From NCBI GenBank assembly GCA_014859735.1, contig JACUTR010000001.1:1-59395 (forward strand): a stretch of 59,395 nucleotides of DNA. Direction: 5' to 3'. The notes below the pieces were generated by a model. It made no database searches and was not told the DNA's origin. It was given only the letters and a program-made list of their open reading frames with translations. The position numbers and the translations under genes are program-made. The stretch comes from Candidatus Methanophagales archaeon (GTDB taxonomy: Archaea; Halobacteriota; Syntropharchaeia; Alkanophagales; Methanospirareceae). Shown one piece after another: positions 8,590 to 18,846 of this stretch. The first letter of the stretch is position 1; each line of letters starts with the position of its first letter.

Positions 8590-9141
8590 ATGGGAACATT
8601 GCTGGATGAAATAATTGAGTGGGGAGGCGGGGTTTTCGGCGAAGAACACATGGAAACGCTGATGCAGTGCGTGCAATGCGGTAAGTGTACAGGGGGTTGT
8701 CCATCAGGGAGAGTTACCGCGCTAAGGACAAGAAAGTTATTCCGGATGGCTCAGGAAGATATGCGCGAGGAGATTTTTAACGCTCCTGAACTGTGGTATT
8801 GCACGACTTGTTACACGTGCTATGAGCGATGTCCAAAAGGAGTAAAATGCACAGATATAATACGGGTGATAAGAAACCTGGCAGCTAAAGAGGGACATAT
8901 GTCAGTGCCCCACCGGAAGATCGGTGTTTATGCGCTGAAAACCGGTCATGGCGTGCCGATAGGTCCTGACCAGATGAAGATACGGGAAGCGCTCGGTCTC
9001 GATTCACAGCCACCAACCACGCAGAAATACAAAGAACAGTTGGAACAGGTACAAACAATATGCAGAGAGACCGGATTCGACGCACTGATTGATTTTGATT
9101 GGGATAAGATGGATCTTAAAGAAGCGGAGGCGAAGAAATGA
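8590..9141 (+). CDS. hdrC: heterodisulfide reductase subunit C
   Basis: 183 aa with two ferredoxin-like Cys clusters (CVQCGKCTGGCP and CTTCYTCYERCP). SD ggaggt lies upstream, and the stop overlaps the hdrB ATG. Confidence 0.9.
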   Translation: MGTLLDEIIEWGGGVFGEEHMETLMQCVQCGKCTGGCPSGRVTALRTRKLFRMAQEDMREEIFNAPELWYCTTCYTCYERCPKGVKCTDIIRVIRNLAAKEGHMSVPHRKIGVYALKTGHGVPIGPDQMKIREALGLDSQPPTTQKYKEQLEQVQTICRETGFDALIDFDWDKMDLKEAEAKK

Positions 9142-10028
9142 GTGAAGAAACGAAGGAATATGCTTATTTCCTCGGTTGTATCACACCAAACCGATTTCCA
9201 GGGATAGAAACATCGGCAAAGAAGGTCTTTAAGGGATTTGGTATAGAGTCGAAGGAAATGGAGGGTGCTTCCTGCTGTCCCGCACCGGGCGTCTTTGGCT
9301 CTTTCGATATGTACACCTGGCTTCCGATTGCAGCACGAAATCTCGCTATCGCCGAGGAGATGGGGCTTGAGATCTATGTAACCTGTAATGGTTGTTACGG
9401 GTCGCTTCAGGAAGCGGACCATTTGCTTAAAGAACATCCAAAATTAAAGGAAAAGGTCAATGAGATATTAGCAAAAGCCGGAAGAGAGTACAAAGGGACC
9501 ACGAAGGTGAACCATTCAATTGTGGTTCTTCATGATGTTGTCGGGTTAGACCGGCTGAAAGAGAAGGTAACAAAGCCGATGAAAGGTGTGAATGTAGCGA
9601 TACATTACGGCTGTCACTTCCTCAAGCCGCATGAGGTGAGGGGGCATGGGTCTTCTGAAACACCTTACATTTTAGAAGATATCGTGAAGGCGATCGGCGC
9701 AAAACCAGTCGAGTACAAGGACAGACTGATGTGTTGTGGCGCGGGTGGTGGCGTGCGAACCGCGGATACCCAAACGTCGTTGGACTGGACACGTCAGAAG
9801 TTGGTTAACATGATAGAAGCGGGCGCCGATTGTGTGATTCACCCCTGTGCATTCTGCCATTTGCAGCTTGACCGTGGGCAATACGAGATGAACGAAGCTT
9901 TTGGGACCTCGTTTAATTTCCCTGTTCTCTTCGCGTTGCAACTCGTCGCTCTCGCCATGGGATTCAGTGAGAAAGAACTGGGGTTGGATCAGCAAATAAC
10001 CAAAATGCCTGAGAAATTGCTCAAATAA
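9138..10028 (+). CDS. hdrB: heterodisulfide reductase subunit B
   Basis: 296 aa with two CCG-domain signatures (ASCCPAPG and LMCCGAGGG). Confidence 0.9.
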   Translation: MSEETKEYAYFLGCITPNRFPGIETSAKKVFKGFGIESKEMEGASCCPAPGVFGSFDMYTWLPIAARNLAIAEEMGLEIYVTCNGCYGSLQEADHLLKEHPKLKEKVNEILAKAGREYKGTTKVNHSIVVLHDVVGLDRLKEKVTKPMKGVNVAIHYGCHFLKPHEVRGHGSSETPYILEDIVKAIGAKPVEYKDRLMCCGAGGGVRTADTQTSLDWTRQKLVNMIEAGADCVIHPCAFCHLQLDRGQYEMNEAFGTSFNFPVLFALQLVALAMGFSEKELGLDQQITKMPEKLLK

Positions 10029-10044
10029 AAGAGAAAAAATTTAA

Positions 10045-10068
10045 TTTTTTTCTTTTTTCTTTTTGTTT
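10045..10068. terminator. T-rich terminator region between convergent genes
   Basis: T7-C-T6-C-T5-G-T3 lies directly after the hdrB stop, followed by a tandem tttgattcga x2 (10071-10090). Confidence 0.45.
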
Positions 10069-10108
10069 GATTTGATTCGATTTGATTCGATTCAATTCAA
10101 AATAAGAA

Positions 10109-10333
10109 TTACCAGAGTTTTGTTGGTCTTGCTAATATTGCGCGTAGTTGTCCCTTCTTCTGCCTCACTGCACGCAAATCCTTCTCCTTCTCGGTAATTT
10201 TATTGATTAGTTCCAGTTTCTTCGCCTCATCGGTTGCACTTTTATATTCGCTCGCTAAATCTCCTATCTCCTTTACCAGTGCCGCAATTTCAGCATCCTT
10301 CCCTTTTATTACTTCATCCGGTACAGCTCCCAT
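10109..10333 (-). CDS. small coiled-coil hypothetical protein
   Basis: 74-aa ORF with an ATG start and charged heptad-like composition. No recognised family. Confidence 0.4.
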   Translation of the reverse strand: MGAVPDEVIKGKDAEIAALVKEIGDLASEYKSATDEAKKLELINKITEKEKDLRAVRQKKGQLRAILARPTKLW

Positions 10334-10423
10334 TTTATCACCTCTCTTTTAGTTATACAGAATTGGATACTATCAGCTATTTATATCTTTCTATATTTAT
10401 CGCAGTTTTATCCCTTCCCTGCC

Positions 10424-10735
10424 CTATCCCTTTAATACAATCTCGATGTGAACATCCTTGGGAATGGGTATGCGCATCAGTTGTCGCAGAGCTCTTTCAT
10501 CCGCTTCCAGGTCTATCAACCGCTTGTGTATACGCATTTCCCAATGGTCCCACGTTGCAGTCCCTTCACCATCAGGACTCTTCCTGCAGGGTACAACAAG
10601 TTTCTTGGTAGGAAGAGGTATTGGTCCCGACATTCTGATTCCTGTGGTCTCAACTATCTTCTTCACCTGTTGGCAGATATCATCCAACTTCTCATGGTCC
10701 GTGCTCGAGAGCTTTATCCGTGCTTTTTGATTCAT
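10424..10735 (-). CDS. rps10: 30S ribosomal protein S10 (uS10)
   Basis: 103 aa: ARIKLSS...GPIPLPTK...HKRLIDL. Immediately downstream of tuf, as in the archaeal str cluster. Confidence 0.95.
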   Translation of the reverse strand: MNQKARIKLSSTDHEKLDDICQQVKKIVETTGIRMSGPIPLPTKKLVVPCRKSPDGEGTATWDHWEMRIHKRLIDLEADERALRQLMRIPIPKDVHIEIVLKG

Positions 10736-10793
10736 TTATTCATTCATTCCCGTCCCTCTTCCCCTTTGCTTACGTTGATTGGGTTGCTCTGGT

Positions 10794-12059
10794 TTACTTC
10801 TCCTTTATGTCTATTACCATGCCCGCGGCGACCGTTTGTCCCATATCTCGGACTGCGAACCTGCCGAGATGAGGTATCTCCTTCACCCGCTCGATAACCA
10901 GGGGTCTTGTTGGTTTTACCTTTACTACCGCGGCATCGCCTGTTTTTATGAAGTCGGGGTTCTCTTCTATCGTTGCACCAGTCCGTGGGTCCAGTTTCTT
11001 AGCAATCTCTATTATCGTGCATGCAACTTGGGCGGTGTGGCAATGGAAAACGGGCGTGTACCCCACAGTAATTGCGGTCGGATGCTGGAGCACAATGAGC
11101 TGTGCGGTAAACTCGTCGGCAACCGTTGGTGGGTTATCAACATGTCCACAAACATCTCCTCTCCGTATATCAGTTCTACCGACTCCACGAACGTTCCAGC
11201 CGATGTTATCGCCGGGAATCGCTTCTGGAATCTCTTCATGGTGCATCTCTATTGATTTTACCTCCCCTTGCTTACCCGGAGGGTTGAAAATTACCTTATC
11301 GCCCTTCTTGAGCTTTCCGGTCTCCACCCTTCCTACAGGAACCGTTCCAGCGCCAGTTATTGAATACACATCCTGCACCGGGATACGAAGCGGAAGCTCA
11401 ATGGGCTTCTCCGGTACTTTCATGAGGTCCAGCGCCGCTAAAAAGGGAGGACCATCAAACCATTTCATCTTCTCGCTTGGCTTCGTTATATTCTCGCCCG
11501 CAAATGCAGAAACCGGAACGAAGACGAGATTCTCTTCCCGGTATCCGACGACCTTCATGAGGTCTAACAGCTCCTTCTTCACCTCCTCGTATCGCTTCTG
11601 ATCGTACTCCACCCGGTCCATCTTGTTTACCGCGACAACGAGCTGAGCCACTCCTAAGGTTCGTGCTAAGAATACATGCTCCCTTGTCTGTGCCATTATC
11701 CCATCCTTGGCATCCACGACTAATACCGCTGCATCCGCCTGTGATGTCCCGGTGATCATGTTCTTCACGAAATCCCTGTGGCCGGGGCAATCCACGATCG
11801 TATAATAATACTTATTCGTATCAAACCTCTGGTGAGAAACATCGATGGTAATGCCCCGCTCTCTTTCGTCTTTTAACGTATCCAGCACCCAAGCGAACTC
11901 GAAAGACCCTTTTCCTATCGCCTCTGCCTTTTTCCGGTACTCATCTATCACATGTGGGTCGATCGTCCCGGTATCCATCAGCAGCCTTCCCAGCAGTGTT
12001 GACTTACCATGGTCTATATGCCCTATCATAGCCATATTCATGTGTTCTTTCTCAGCCAT
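10794..12059 (-). CDS. tuf: translation elongation factor EF-1 alpha
   Basis: 421 aa with [17 protein letters not shown] and NKMD GTPase motifs, plus full-length resemblance to aEF-1alpha. Confidence 0.97.
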   Translation of the reverse strand: MAEKEHMNMAMIGHIDHGKSTLLGRLLMDTGTIDPHVIDEYRKKAEAIGKGSFEFAWVLDTLKDERERGITIDVSHQRFDTNKYYYTIVDCPGHRDFVKNMITGTSQADAAVLVVDAKDGIMAQTREHVFLARTLGVAQLVVAVNKMDRVEYDQKRYEEVKKELLDLMKVVGYREENLVFVPVSAFAGENITKPSEKMKWFDGPPFLAALDLMKVPEKPIELPLRIPVQDVYSITGAGTVPVGRVETGKLKKGDKVIFNPPGKQGEVKSIEMHHEEIPEAIPGDNIGWNVRGVGRTDIRRGDVCGHVDNPPTVADEFTAQLIVLQHPTAITVGYTPVFHCHTAQVACTIIEIAKKLDPRTGATIEENPDFIKTGDAAVVKVKPTRPLVIERVKEIPHLGRFAVRDMGQTVAAGMVIDIKEK

Positions 12060-12219
12060 TTTTCATATTCCTCCTATTCATTCGCTCTTCTACCCTATAC
12101 CACTTATGAGGCTATATTATTTCTGCCTTATATCCTATTTATTTTTATCTTATTTATTTTATCTCAGATACGTGGTCTTCACCTCGCCGGTGGCACCTCC
12201 ATTTTTAAGTTGAGTGCAA

Positions 12220-13125
12220 ATGAAGCTAAAACCCGAGTGTATCCCCTGTTTGGTAGAAAGAGCGAAATATGAGTGCGATATTGTATTTGATGAGGATAGG
12301 GGAAAACTACGTGCACTGAAGGAATTTACTGCCTTCCTTTCTGAACATCTCAATCTCACTGAATTGAAACCACCGCCATTCTTCGGTACTGAAAGGGAGA
12401 GGATACTAAAAAGGCGAAGTGGTGTGGAGGATCCTCACGGGGAGGTAAAAAGGCGGAGCAACGAGGTAGCGAAGAAGTTGCTTTCCGAGGCATCTCAATT
12501 TTATGATGCGGCGGGTGATAAAATAGAAGCCTTGATACGGATAGCGGCAGCTGCGAACTCAATGGAATATGGGATAACGGGATATTCATACAGCGAGGCT
12601 GATTTTCAGCATGAGTTTGTCCATACGTTAAATGAGAACCTCAAGTGGGATAGAGAATCGATACGGTCTGCGATAGAGAATCGAGCGAAGATATTATATT
12701 TGACGGACAACGCGGGCGAGATATTTTTTGACGCGTTTGTGATAAGGGAGCTGATAAGAATGGGTAAAGAGGTGGTCGTCTCGCCAAAGAGCGCTCCTGT
12801 TATCAACGACGCTACGGTAGAGGACTTGAAGGAAGCGGGTATTTCCTATTTCGAGGAGCGGTGTAAGATAATTCCGAGCGGCGCATACATAGGGATCTCA
12901 TTAGGAGAAGTGGAGGAGGAGTTCCTGGATGTCTTCAGCGATGAGAGGTATTTGGTGATAGCAAAGGGAATGGGGAACTACGAGACGATATCGGAGTTTG
13001 AAGCACGGTTCGGGCTGAAAGGCAGGTTGATCTATATTTTGAGGGCGAAATGCGAGCCCGTGGCGCGGAGCATGGGGGTAAGGAGAGGAGAACTTGTTGC
13101 TCAATTCGTTACGTTACGTACGTGA
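12220..13125 (+). CDS. DUF89 / ARMT1-like damage-control phosphatase family protein
   Basis: MKLKPECIPC... N-terminus, TDNAGEIFFD and KGMGNYE motifs. ATG 12220 is preferred over GTG 12214. Confidence 0.75.
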   Translation: MKLKPECIPCLVERAKYECDIVFDEDRGKLRALKEFTAFLSEHLNLTELKPPPFFGTERERILKRRSGVEDPHGEVKRRSNEVAKKLLSEASQFYDAAGDKIEALIRIAAAANSMEYGITGYSYSEADFQHEFVHTLNENLKWDRESIRSAIENRAKILYLTDNAGEIFFDAFVIRELIRMGKEVVVSPKSAPVINDATVEDLKEAGISYFEERCKIIPSGAYIGISLGEVEEEFLDVFSDERYLVIAKGMGNYETISEFEARFGLKGRLIYILRAKCEPVARSMGVRRGELVAQFVTLRT

Positions 13126-13181
13126 AGCGGAAAGATGAACCTCTTTTCAGTCCTTCGCTAACGCGGGCATTTTCTCTCTCG

Positions 13182-13718
13182 TTACCTTTTTCCCGGTACC
13201 GTTACCCTCACCCGCTTCTTAAGGACGGGAACTAACCGTTTTATCTCTATCTCCCCGCCTTGTTCCATCTTATACTCATCGATCGGCATGGTTGGGAATT
13301 TGCCATCCACCTCATAGATATAAAAACCCTCTTCATCGTCTATTGATGCAATGAATTCTTTATCCCCTATTCTCTTTATTCCTATCCCCGCAACTTCCTT
13401 TAACGCATCCAATATGCTTGTTCCTTTCTGAACTTCTATTTCATAGTCCTCGCTAAAGGTCTCCATCACGTCATACAGCTTTTCTTTGTTCACCTTTAAC
13501 ACGTGCGTCTTACCGAATACCGTACTTTCCAGCAGCTCCGCCGCCTCCAAAATTCTGACGTGCTTCGCAGCAACGGGCACTGATATGCCTAACGCCTTTG
13601 CGAGACCGGTTACATGATAATCCCTCTGCATCAGCAGCTTCAACATCTCCACCCTCGTTTTACTACCCAATGCTTTGAATATCATCTCACAACTCATACC
13701 TACTATTATTACCCGCAT
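13182..13718 (-). CDS. ArsR-family wHTH regulator with uncharacterised C-terminal domain
   Basis: ALGSKTRVEMLKLL...VTGLAKALGISVPVAAKHVRILEAAELL is a typical ArsR HTH. It starts 3 nt after the upstream gene stop. The start may be an internal Met. Confidence 0.7.
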   Translation of the reverse strand: MRVIIVGMSCEMIFKALGSKTRVEMLKLLMQRDYHVTGLAKALGISVPVAAKHVRILEAAELLESTVFGKTHVLKVNKEKLYDVMETFSEDYEIEVQKGTSILDALKEVAGIGIKRIGDKEFIASIDDEEGFYIYEVDGKFPTMPIDEYKMEQGGEIEIKRLVPVLKKRVRVTVPGKR

Positions 13719-13721
13719 AGG

Positions 13722-14651
13722 TTATAACTCTTTGAGGTGATACAACTCCTCAGCCAACCGCTTTATATAACTCTTCCCTTTTTCACCCTCTTCTAACCTC
13801 TCCACCCAGTCGGTGGGAATTGCCCCGTCGCCATAATAAGCACCACTTATCGCACCCGTCATGGCCCCAATCGTGTCAGTATCGCCACCCAAACTTACCG
13901 CATAGACCACGCTATCCTCAAACTTATCGAAACGAAGAAAGGAGTAAATAGCGGGGGGTACCGAGTTAAAAGCCGCTTCTCCATTACCCAATTCAGCTAT
14001 TACCTCCTTTTTGGAAGCCTCTTTATCCAGAAGGATTGCTATCTTTCTTATCTTCTCCTTATACACGTCATTTCGAACAAACTCGCTCAGGGCGGACACC
14101 ATACCTTCTTGCTGTCCACGAACCGCTAAAGCGATAGAAAAAGCCTGTAACGCTGCTCCCTCTTTGCCCAGCTCGTGAGAATGGGTGATATGGCTTGATT
14201 TATACGCTATCTCCCTCAACGTATCTGCATTATCATAATACACGATTCCGATAGGGGCGATTCGCATCGCAGCTCCGTTTCCGTACGAGCCTTCGCCACC
14301 AAACAGGTTCTCCGAGGCCGCTTCCCAGCCCTCCCCCTCACGTAGCCTTTTTAATGCCTCTTTCGACCCTGGACCATATCCTCTCTTCGCATCATAATTC
14401 TGGATGAACCTACGTGCCATATTCGCACCATTGAAGCCTTTATGCTCGATTAAAGACTCCGCGACCCCTATCATCATCTCTGTATCGTCCGTGTAGCGAC
14501 CGTAAATCATCTTCCACGGTGTTTTCTCGCCGTACACCGAACTTACCATCTCCATGCTCCATCCCTCTACAGGAGCGCCTATTGCATCGCCTACCGCACT
14601 GCCGATGAGCGCCCCGGTAAATTTAGATTTCAGGTCTACATACATGCGCAT
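13722..14651 (-). CDS. ADP-ribosylglycohydrolase family protein
   Basis: 309 aa with GALIGSAVGDAIGAPVEG, YTDDTEM and GGDTDTIGAMTGAISGAYYG motifs of the ARH/DraG family. Confidence 0.8.
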   Translation of the reverse strand: MRMYVDLKSKFTGALIGSAVGDAIGAPVEGWSMEMVSSVYGEKTPWKMIYGRYTDDTEMMIGVAESLIEHKGFNGANMARRFIQNYDAKRGYGPGSKEALKRLREGEGWEAASENLFGGEGSYGNGAAMRIAPIGIVYYDNADTLREIAYKSSHITHSHELGKEGAALQAFSIALAVRGQQEGMVSALSEFVRNDVYKEKIRKIAILLDKEASKKEVIAELGNGEAAFNSVPPAIYSFLRFDKFEDSVVYAVSLGGDTDTIGAMTGAISGAYYGDGAIPTDWVERLEEGEKGKSYIKRLAEELYHLKEL

Positions 14652-14820
14652 TAAAGCCCGCTTTTTCTTTCACTTTCACGTATCTCATTTAAGAATCAGA
14701 TAGAACTCACATTCCGTTGCCGTAACGATTTTATTTTATTGTATTTTATTTTATATCCCGGAGGTGTCATTTGTAGTAATGGTATATTGTTAGCGAAGCA
14801 AATAATTTCGTTTCTGCAGC

Positions 14821-16389
14821 ATGAAGAGAACTATTGTCATTATAATTAGAGATGGATGGGGCATAAATCCAAATTCAAGCTATAACGCAGTGGCAAATGC
14901 GCACACTCCTCACATAGATTCGTTTTTAAAAAGGTATCCCAGCACAATCTTAGAGGCGGCAGGAACCGCTGTCGGACTACCTCCAGGGTATCAGGGTTCT
15001 TCCGAAGTTGGTCACCTTAATATGGGTGCAGGAAGGATAGTAAAGCAAGAGATAACGAGGATAAATGAGGCAATAGAGGACACGTCGTTTTTTTCAAGTT
15101 CTTGCTTCCAGAGCGCTATTAATAACTGCACCTCGAATAACTCAGCGCTGCATCTCATGGGACTTATCCAGGATGCGGGCGTCCACGCGCATCAGGATCA
15201 TCTCTTTGCCATAATGAAATACGCGAAGGGGAGGGGTGTAGACAAGATATATCTTCATTTCTTTTCTGATGGGAGGGATACCGCACCACGGAGTGCATTA
15301 GAATTTCTCGGTGTCGTCAATGAGAAGATAGCGGAATATCAAGCAGGCGAAATTGCTACCTTGATGGGCCGCTACTACGCTATGGATCGCGGAAAGAACT
15401 GGCATTTGACCTCTCAAGCCTACAACACCCTCACAAAAGGAGAGGGTATCAAGGTGAGCAGTGCAGAAGAAGCGGTGAGAAGAGCATACAATGAGGACAG
15501 AACACCCGATGGCGGACAGATGACCGATGAATACATTCCTCCCTCGATTATTGGCACTTTCTCCGGCATCAAAGATGGTGATTCAGTCATTCATTTTAAT
15601 TACAGACAGGATAGAGCGATCCAATTGGCGATGGCTTTTGTCGAGGACGAATATCCTGGAGCGAGGTGGAAGAAGTTAGACATCGTGTATTGTGGTCTCA
15701 CGCGATACTATGATACCTTCCCCGGTTATATGATGGAACCGATCTCGGAAGGTGTAGGGATGGCTAATATTCTGGGGGAGGTACTGAGTGAAAAAGGGTT
15801 AAGACAACTCCGAATTGCAGAGACGCAGAAATTCAGGCATGTGACTTCTTTCTTCAATGGTAAACGAATCGAGCCATTTCCAAACGAAGAGCAAATAGAG
15901 ATTAAGAGTATGTATGACCCTGCGCTGTTTGCCGATCACCCTGAGATGAACGCCTTTGATGTTACTGAGGAAGTAATCAGGAGAATAGAGTCCGAGGGCT
16001 ACCACTTGATCGTTTTAAACTATGCAAACTGTGATATGGTTGGTCATACGGGCGATTTTGAAGCGGCAAAGAGAGCGGTCGAGGTTGTAGATGAATGCGT
16101 GGGCGCAGTAGTTAAGACAATCCTGGCACATGATGGTGTAGCCCTCGTCACCGCAGACCATGGGAATGTCGAGGAGATGAGGGATTACCAAACGGGACTG
16201 CCTAAAACAAGCCATACGAACAACCCGGTGGAATTCATTTACGTTGCGGAAGATTATAGGGAGATTAAACTCAGACCTCGGGGAATTCTTTCGGATATCG
16301 CGCCAACCGTTTTGTTTCTGCTGGGAATAGATAAGCCACAAGAGATGACCAGTGAAAATTTAGTTCGAGCTATTTGTAGAGCGGAGTAA
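14821..16389 (+). CDS. gpmI: 2,3-bisphosphoglycerate-independent phosphoglycerate mutase (bacterial-type iPGM)
   Basis: 522 aa with SEVGHLNMGAGR, DGRDT and NCDMVGHTG...TADHGN motifs. Confidence 0.9.
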   Translation: MKRTIVIIIRDGWGINPNSSYNAVANAHTPHIDSFLKRYPSTILEAAGTAVGLPPGYQGSSEVGHLNMGAGRIVKQEITRINEAIEDTSFFSSSCFQSAINNCTSNNSALHLMGLIQDAGVHAHQDHLFAIMKYAKGRGVDKIYLHFFSDGRDTAPRSALEFLGVVNEKIAEYQAGEIATLMGRYYAMDRGKNWHLTSQAYNTLTKGEGIKVSSAEEAVRRAYNEDRTPDGGQMTDEYIPPSIIGTFSGIKDGDSVIHFNYRQDRAIQLAMAFVEDEYPGARWKKLDIVYCGLTRYYDTFPGYMMEPISEGVGMANILGEVLSEKGLRQLRIAETQKFRHVTSFFNGKRIEPFPNEEQIEIKSMYDPALFADHPEMNAFDVTEEVIRRIESEGYHLIVLNYANCDMVGHTGDFEAAKRAVEVVDECVGAVVKTILAHDGVALVTADHGNVEEMRDYQTGLPKTSHTNNPVEFIYVAEDYREIKLRPRGILSDIAPTVLFLLGIDKPQEMTSENLVRAICRAE

Positions 16390-16422
16390 AAAAACCACGA
16401 GATTTCACACAAATACGGAGAA

Positions 16423-17679
16423 ATGAAAGAGGAGACGAGACTATTTGTGAAGCGCAAATTTAAGGAGTATTATACCCGGGCGAGGATAGAACTCCCGAAG
16501 GATTTCTGGATGCGAGAGTGGGGCTTTGTTCTCTTCGACCAGTATTTTCCCGCAAAACTCGTGATGCGAAGGCATAAATCGTTTACTACGAAGGATGACT
16601 TAATGCATTACCTTGGAGAAAATGCCCCTGCCCACGCGTATTATTCCTCTGCCCTTTATCAATATCCTGCAGCAGATATGGCGAAAAAGGGATGGATCGG
16701 CTCTGACTTGATTTTTGACCTCGATGCGGATCATATCATAAGTGAGGCAGAGTTCAAGCGCTCTTCTTATGAGCAGGTGTTAGAGCGCGTGAAAGAAGAA
16801 ACGGTGAAGCTGATTGATTTCCTGATCAACGATTTTGGATTTGGTGAAGATGATATAGAACTGGTATTTTCAGGCTCGAGGGGCTATCATATCCATATAA
16901 AAACAGATGAGGTGCGAGGGCTTGGAAGTAGAGAAAGAAGGGAGATTGTTGATTATGTGGGGAGAGGGCCGGATGTTGATGTATTTCTGGTATACAAGGC
17001 GATTGATTATGGTGGCGAAGAATTACGAAGATGTCAATATTGTAACAAAATTACAAAAATGAAAATATGTCCTATCTGTCACGGGAACACAACAAGTCTC
17101 AGTGGACAAGGCGATCTGAGATTATTAACCCACGGAGCATGGGGCAAACGACTTCTTAAGGGATTAATCGATTTTCTTCATGAAATAGCGGAGATGGAAG
17201 AAGAAAAGGCTATTACGGCATTGAAAAAAATTGGGGGTGTAGGTGAGCAAAGGGCAAGAGACCTAATAAGAGTTGTAAAAGATGAGATGTCTATGAAAAG
17301 GATAGCGGAGGGAAAACTCGGGCAAATATCCGGCTTTCCTCAGTCGGCGTGGCAAGAAATAATAAAAAGTGTGCGTGTGAGAATTGACACCGATGCACCG
17401 GTCACAGCAGACATAAAGCGGCTTATACGGCTGCCTACCTCACTCCACGGGAAATCCTCTTTAGAAGTAAAACCCTTACGGATCGAAACGTTTAACGAGT
17501 TTGATCCTGTAGTGGATGCGGTAGTATTTGGGGATTCGCCCGTCGAGATAAGAGTTGTTCGAGACTCCTCGATAACGCTTAACGGTGAACGATATAAGGT
17601 GGAAGAAGGCGAGATTGCCTCGGTGCCTGAGCATGCAGCACTGTATTTTATCTGTAGGGGTGTTGCGGAGATCAAGTGA
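16423..17679 (+). CDS. priS: DNA primase small (catalytic) subunit
   Basis: 418 aa with the catalytic LIFDLDADH and SGSRGYHIHI motifs, plus a Zn-ribbon insert CQYC...CPIC. Confidence 0.9.
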   Translation: MKEETRLFVKRKFKEYYTRARIELPKDFWMREWGFVLFDQYFPAKLVMRRHKSFTTKDDLMHYLGENAPAHAYYSSALYQYPAADMAKKGWIGSDLIFDLDADHIISEAEFKRSSYEQVLERVKEETVKLIDFLINDFGFGEDDIELVFSGSRGYHIHIKTDEVRGLGSRERREIVDYVGRGPDVDVFLVYKAIDYGGEELRRCQYCNKITKMKICPICHGNTTSLSGQGDLRLLTHGAWGKRLLKGLIDFLHEIAEMEEEKAITALKKIGGVGEQRARDLIRVVKDEMSMKRIAEGKLGQISGFPQSAWQEIIKSVRVRIDTDAPVTADIKRLIRLPTSLHGKSSLEVKPLRIETFNEFDPVVDAVVFGDSPVEIRVVRDSSITLNGERYKVEEGEIASVPEHAALYFICRGVAEIK

Positions 17680-17697
17680 AAAAGGACCGAAAATTAT

Positions 17698-17740
17698 TTG
17701 TTCTTAGTAAAGATTCTTTCTTTAGTTTAGAGAGAAAGTG
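17698..17740. repeat. degenerate AT-rich palindromic repeat
   Basis: ttcttagtaa...ttctttctttag... resembles parts of 438-520, in the priS/GINS spacer. Confidence 0.4.
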
Positions 17741-17742
17741 CA

Positions 17743-18372
17743 ATGGATATAGAGCAGCTCTGGGAGATCTTATACAAGGAACGAAACACGGCATCACTGC
17801 AAGAGTTACCGGGGAATTTCTGCGAGGAGGTGAGGCACTATTTCGAGCGATTGAAGGAAGAGCGAGGAGAAGCGGATGAACGGAGAGGAGCGCTTTTGGA
17901 AGATGAGATACGGAATGCGAGGATGAAAGTGGAGGATATAGTCAGAAGGCGGATAGGAAAGATAGTAAAGCTCGCCAGTTCGGGCATGAAGGCGTCACCG
18001 AAGGGCATGTTAGGGGAAGAAGAGAGGATATTTGAGGGTGTAAAAAGTCACGTAGAAGAGGGCAAGGAGAGAATATTTGCATTGATGGTGGGCGCGAAAG
18101 AGAGCGAAAGTGAAGGCGGGGGAGAAGAGAGAAGCGGAAAGAAGAAATCTTCGGGGGACGTCTTAAAAAGGGATGAGTCTCTCCCGGCAAAGAAGAGAGA
18201 TGAAGAACTGCAGATAGTTCGGATATTAGAAGATATACCTACCTTCATGGGTACTGATGGAAGAATTTATAGAGTGAAAAAAGAAGATGTTATTATGTTG
18301 CCAAAGACTAACGCTGAGATATTGTGTAAGCGTGGAGTTGCAGTGCGATTCGAAGGAAAAAAGAAGAGGTGA
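17743..18372 (+). CDS. GINS-family replication protein (Gins51-like)
   Basis: 209 aa. The N-terminal helical domain (LWEILYKER...LQELPGNF) and C-terminal beta domain (VRILEDIPTFMGTDGRIYRVKKEDVIMLP) fit GINS. Adjacent to priS. Contains a central acidic/low-complexity insert. Confidence 0.6.
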   Translation: MDIEQLWEILYKERNTASLQELPGNFCEEVRHYFERLKEERGEADERRGALLEDEIRNARMKVEDIVRRRIGKIVKLASSGMKASPKGMLGEEERIFEGVKSHVEEGKERIFALMVGAKESESEGGGEERSGKKKSSGDVLKRDESLPAKKRDEELQIVRILEDIPTFMGTDGRIYRVKKEDVIMLPKTNAEILCKRGVAVRFEGKKKR

Positions 18373-18384
18373 GTGCAGAGAAAG

Positions 18385-18663
18385 ATGAAGATGCCGAAAC
18401 GTCTGAGGACCTATTGCCCTTTTTGTGGGAAGCACACCGTACACGAGGTGGAAAAGGTAAAACGGGGAAGACCTTCTTCCTTGAACTGGATCGTAAGACA
18501 GAAGAAACGCCGGTCAGGCATAGGTAACACGGGTAAATTCTCAAAAGTGCCGGGGGGAGATAAGCCAACGAAGAAGGTTGCTCTCCGTTATAAATGCATA
18601 GAATGCAAAAAAATGCATCAAAGAAAGGGCTTTCGGGTATCCAAGCTTGAGTTGGTGGAGTGA
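18385..18663 (+). CDS. rpl44e: 50S ribosomal protein L44e (eL42)
   Basis: [20 protein letters not shown]...CIECKK zinc-ribbon protein. ATG 18385 is preferred over the ORF-track GTG 18373. Confidence 0.9.
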   Translation: MKMPKRLRTYCPFCGKHTVHEVEKVKRGRPSSLNWIVRQKKRRSGIGNTGKFSKVPGGDKPTKKVALRYKCIECKKMHQRKGFRVSKLELVE

Positions 18664-18666
18664 AAA

Positions 18667-18846
18667 ATGGAGAGGAAAACGAGTAGCCAATTTTTGAGGG
18701 TTAAATGCAATGATTGTGAAAATGAGCAGGTCATCTTTGATCATGCATCGACGAGTGTGAAATGCAGTGTCTGTGGGAGAACCTTAGTTGAACCAAAAGG
18801 GGGGAAGGCGGAGATAAAAGGCGAGATAATCGAGGTTCTTAAATAG
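18667..18846 (+). CDS. rps27e: 30S ribosomal protein S27e (eS27)
   Basis: 59-aa ORF absent from the track (below its cutoff): [59 protein letters not shown], with a C4 zinc ribbon. It sits between rpl44e and aIF2alpha, as in the conserved cluster. Confidence 0.9.
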   Translation: MERKTSSQFLRVKCNDCENEQVIFDHASTSVKCSVCGRTLVEPKGGKAEIKGEIIEVLK

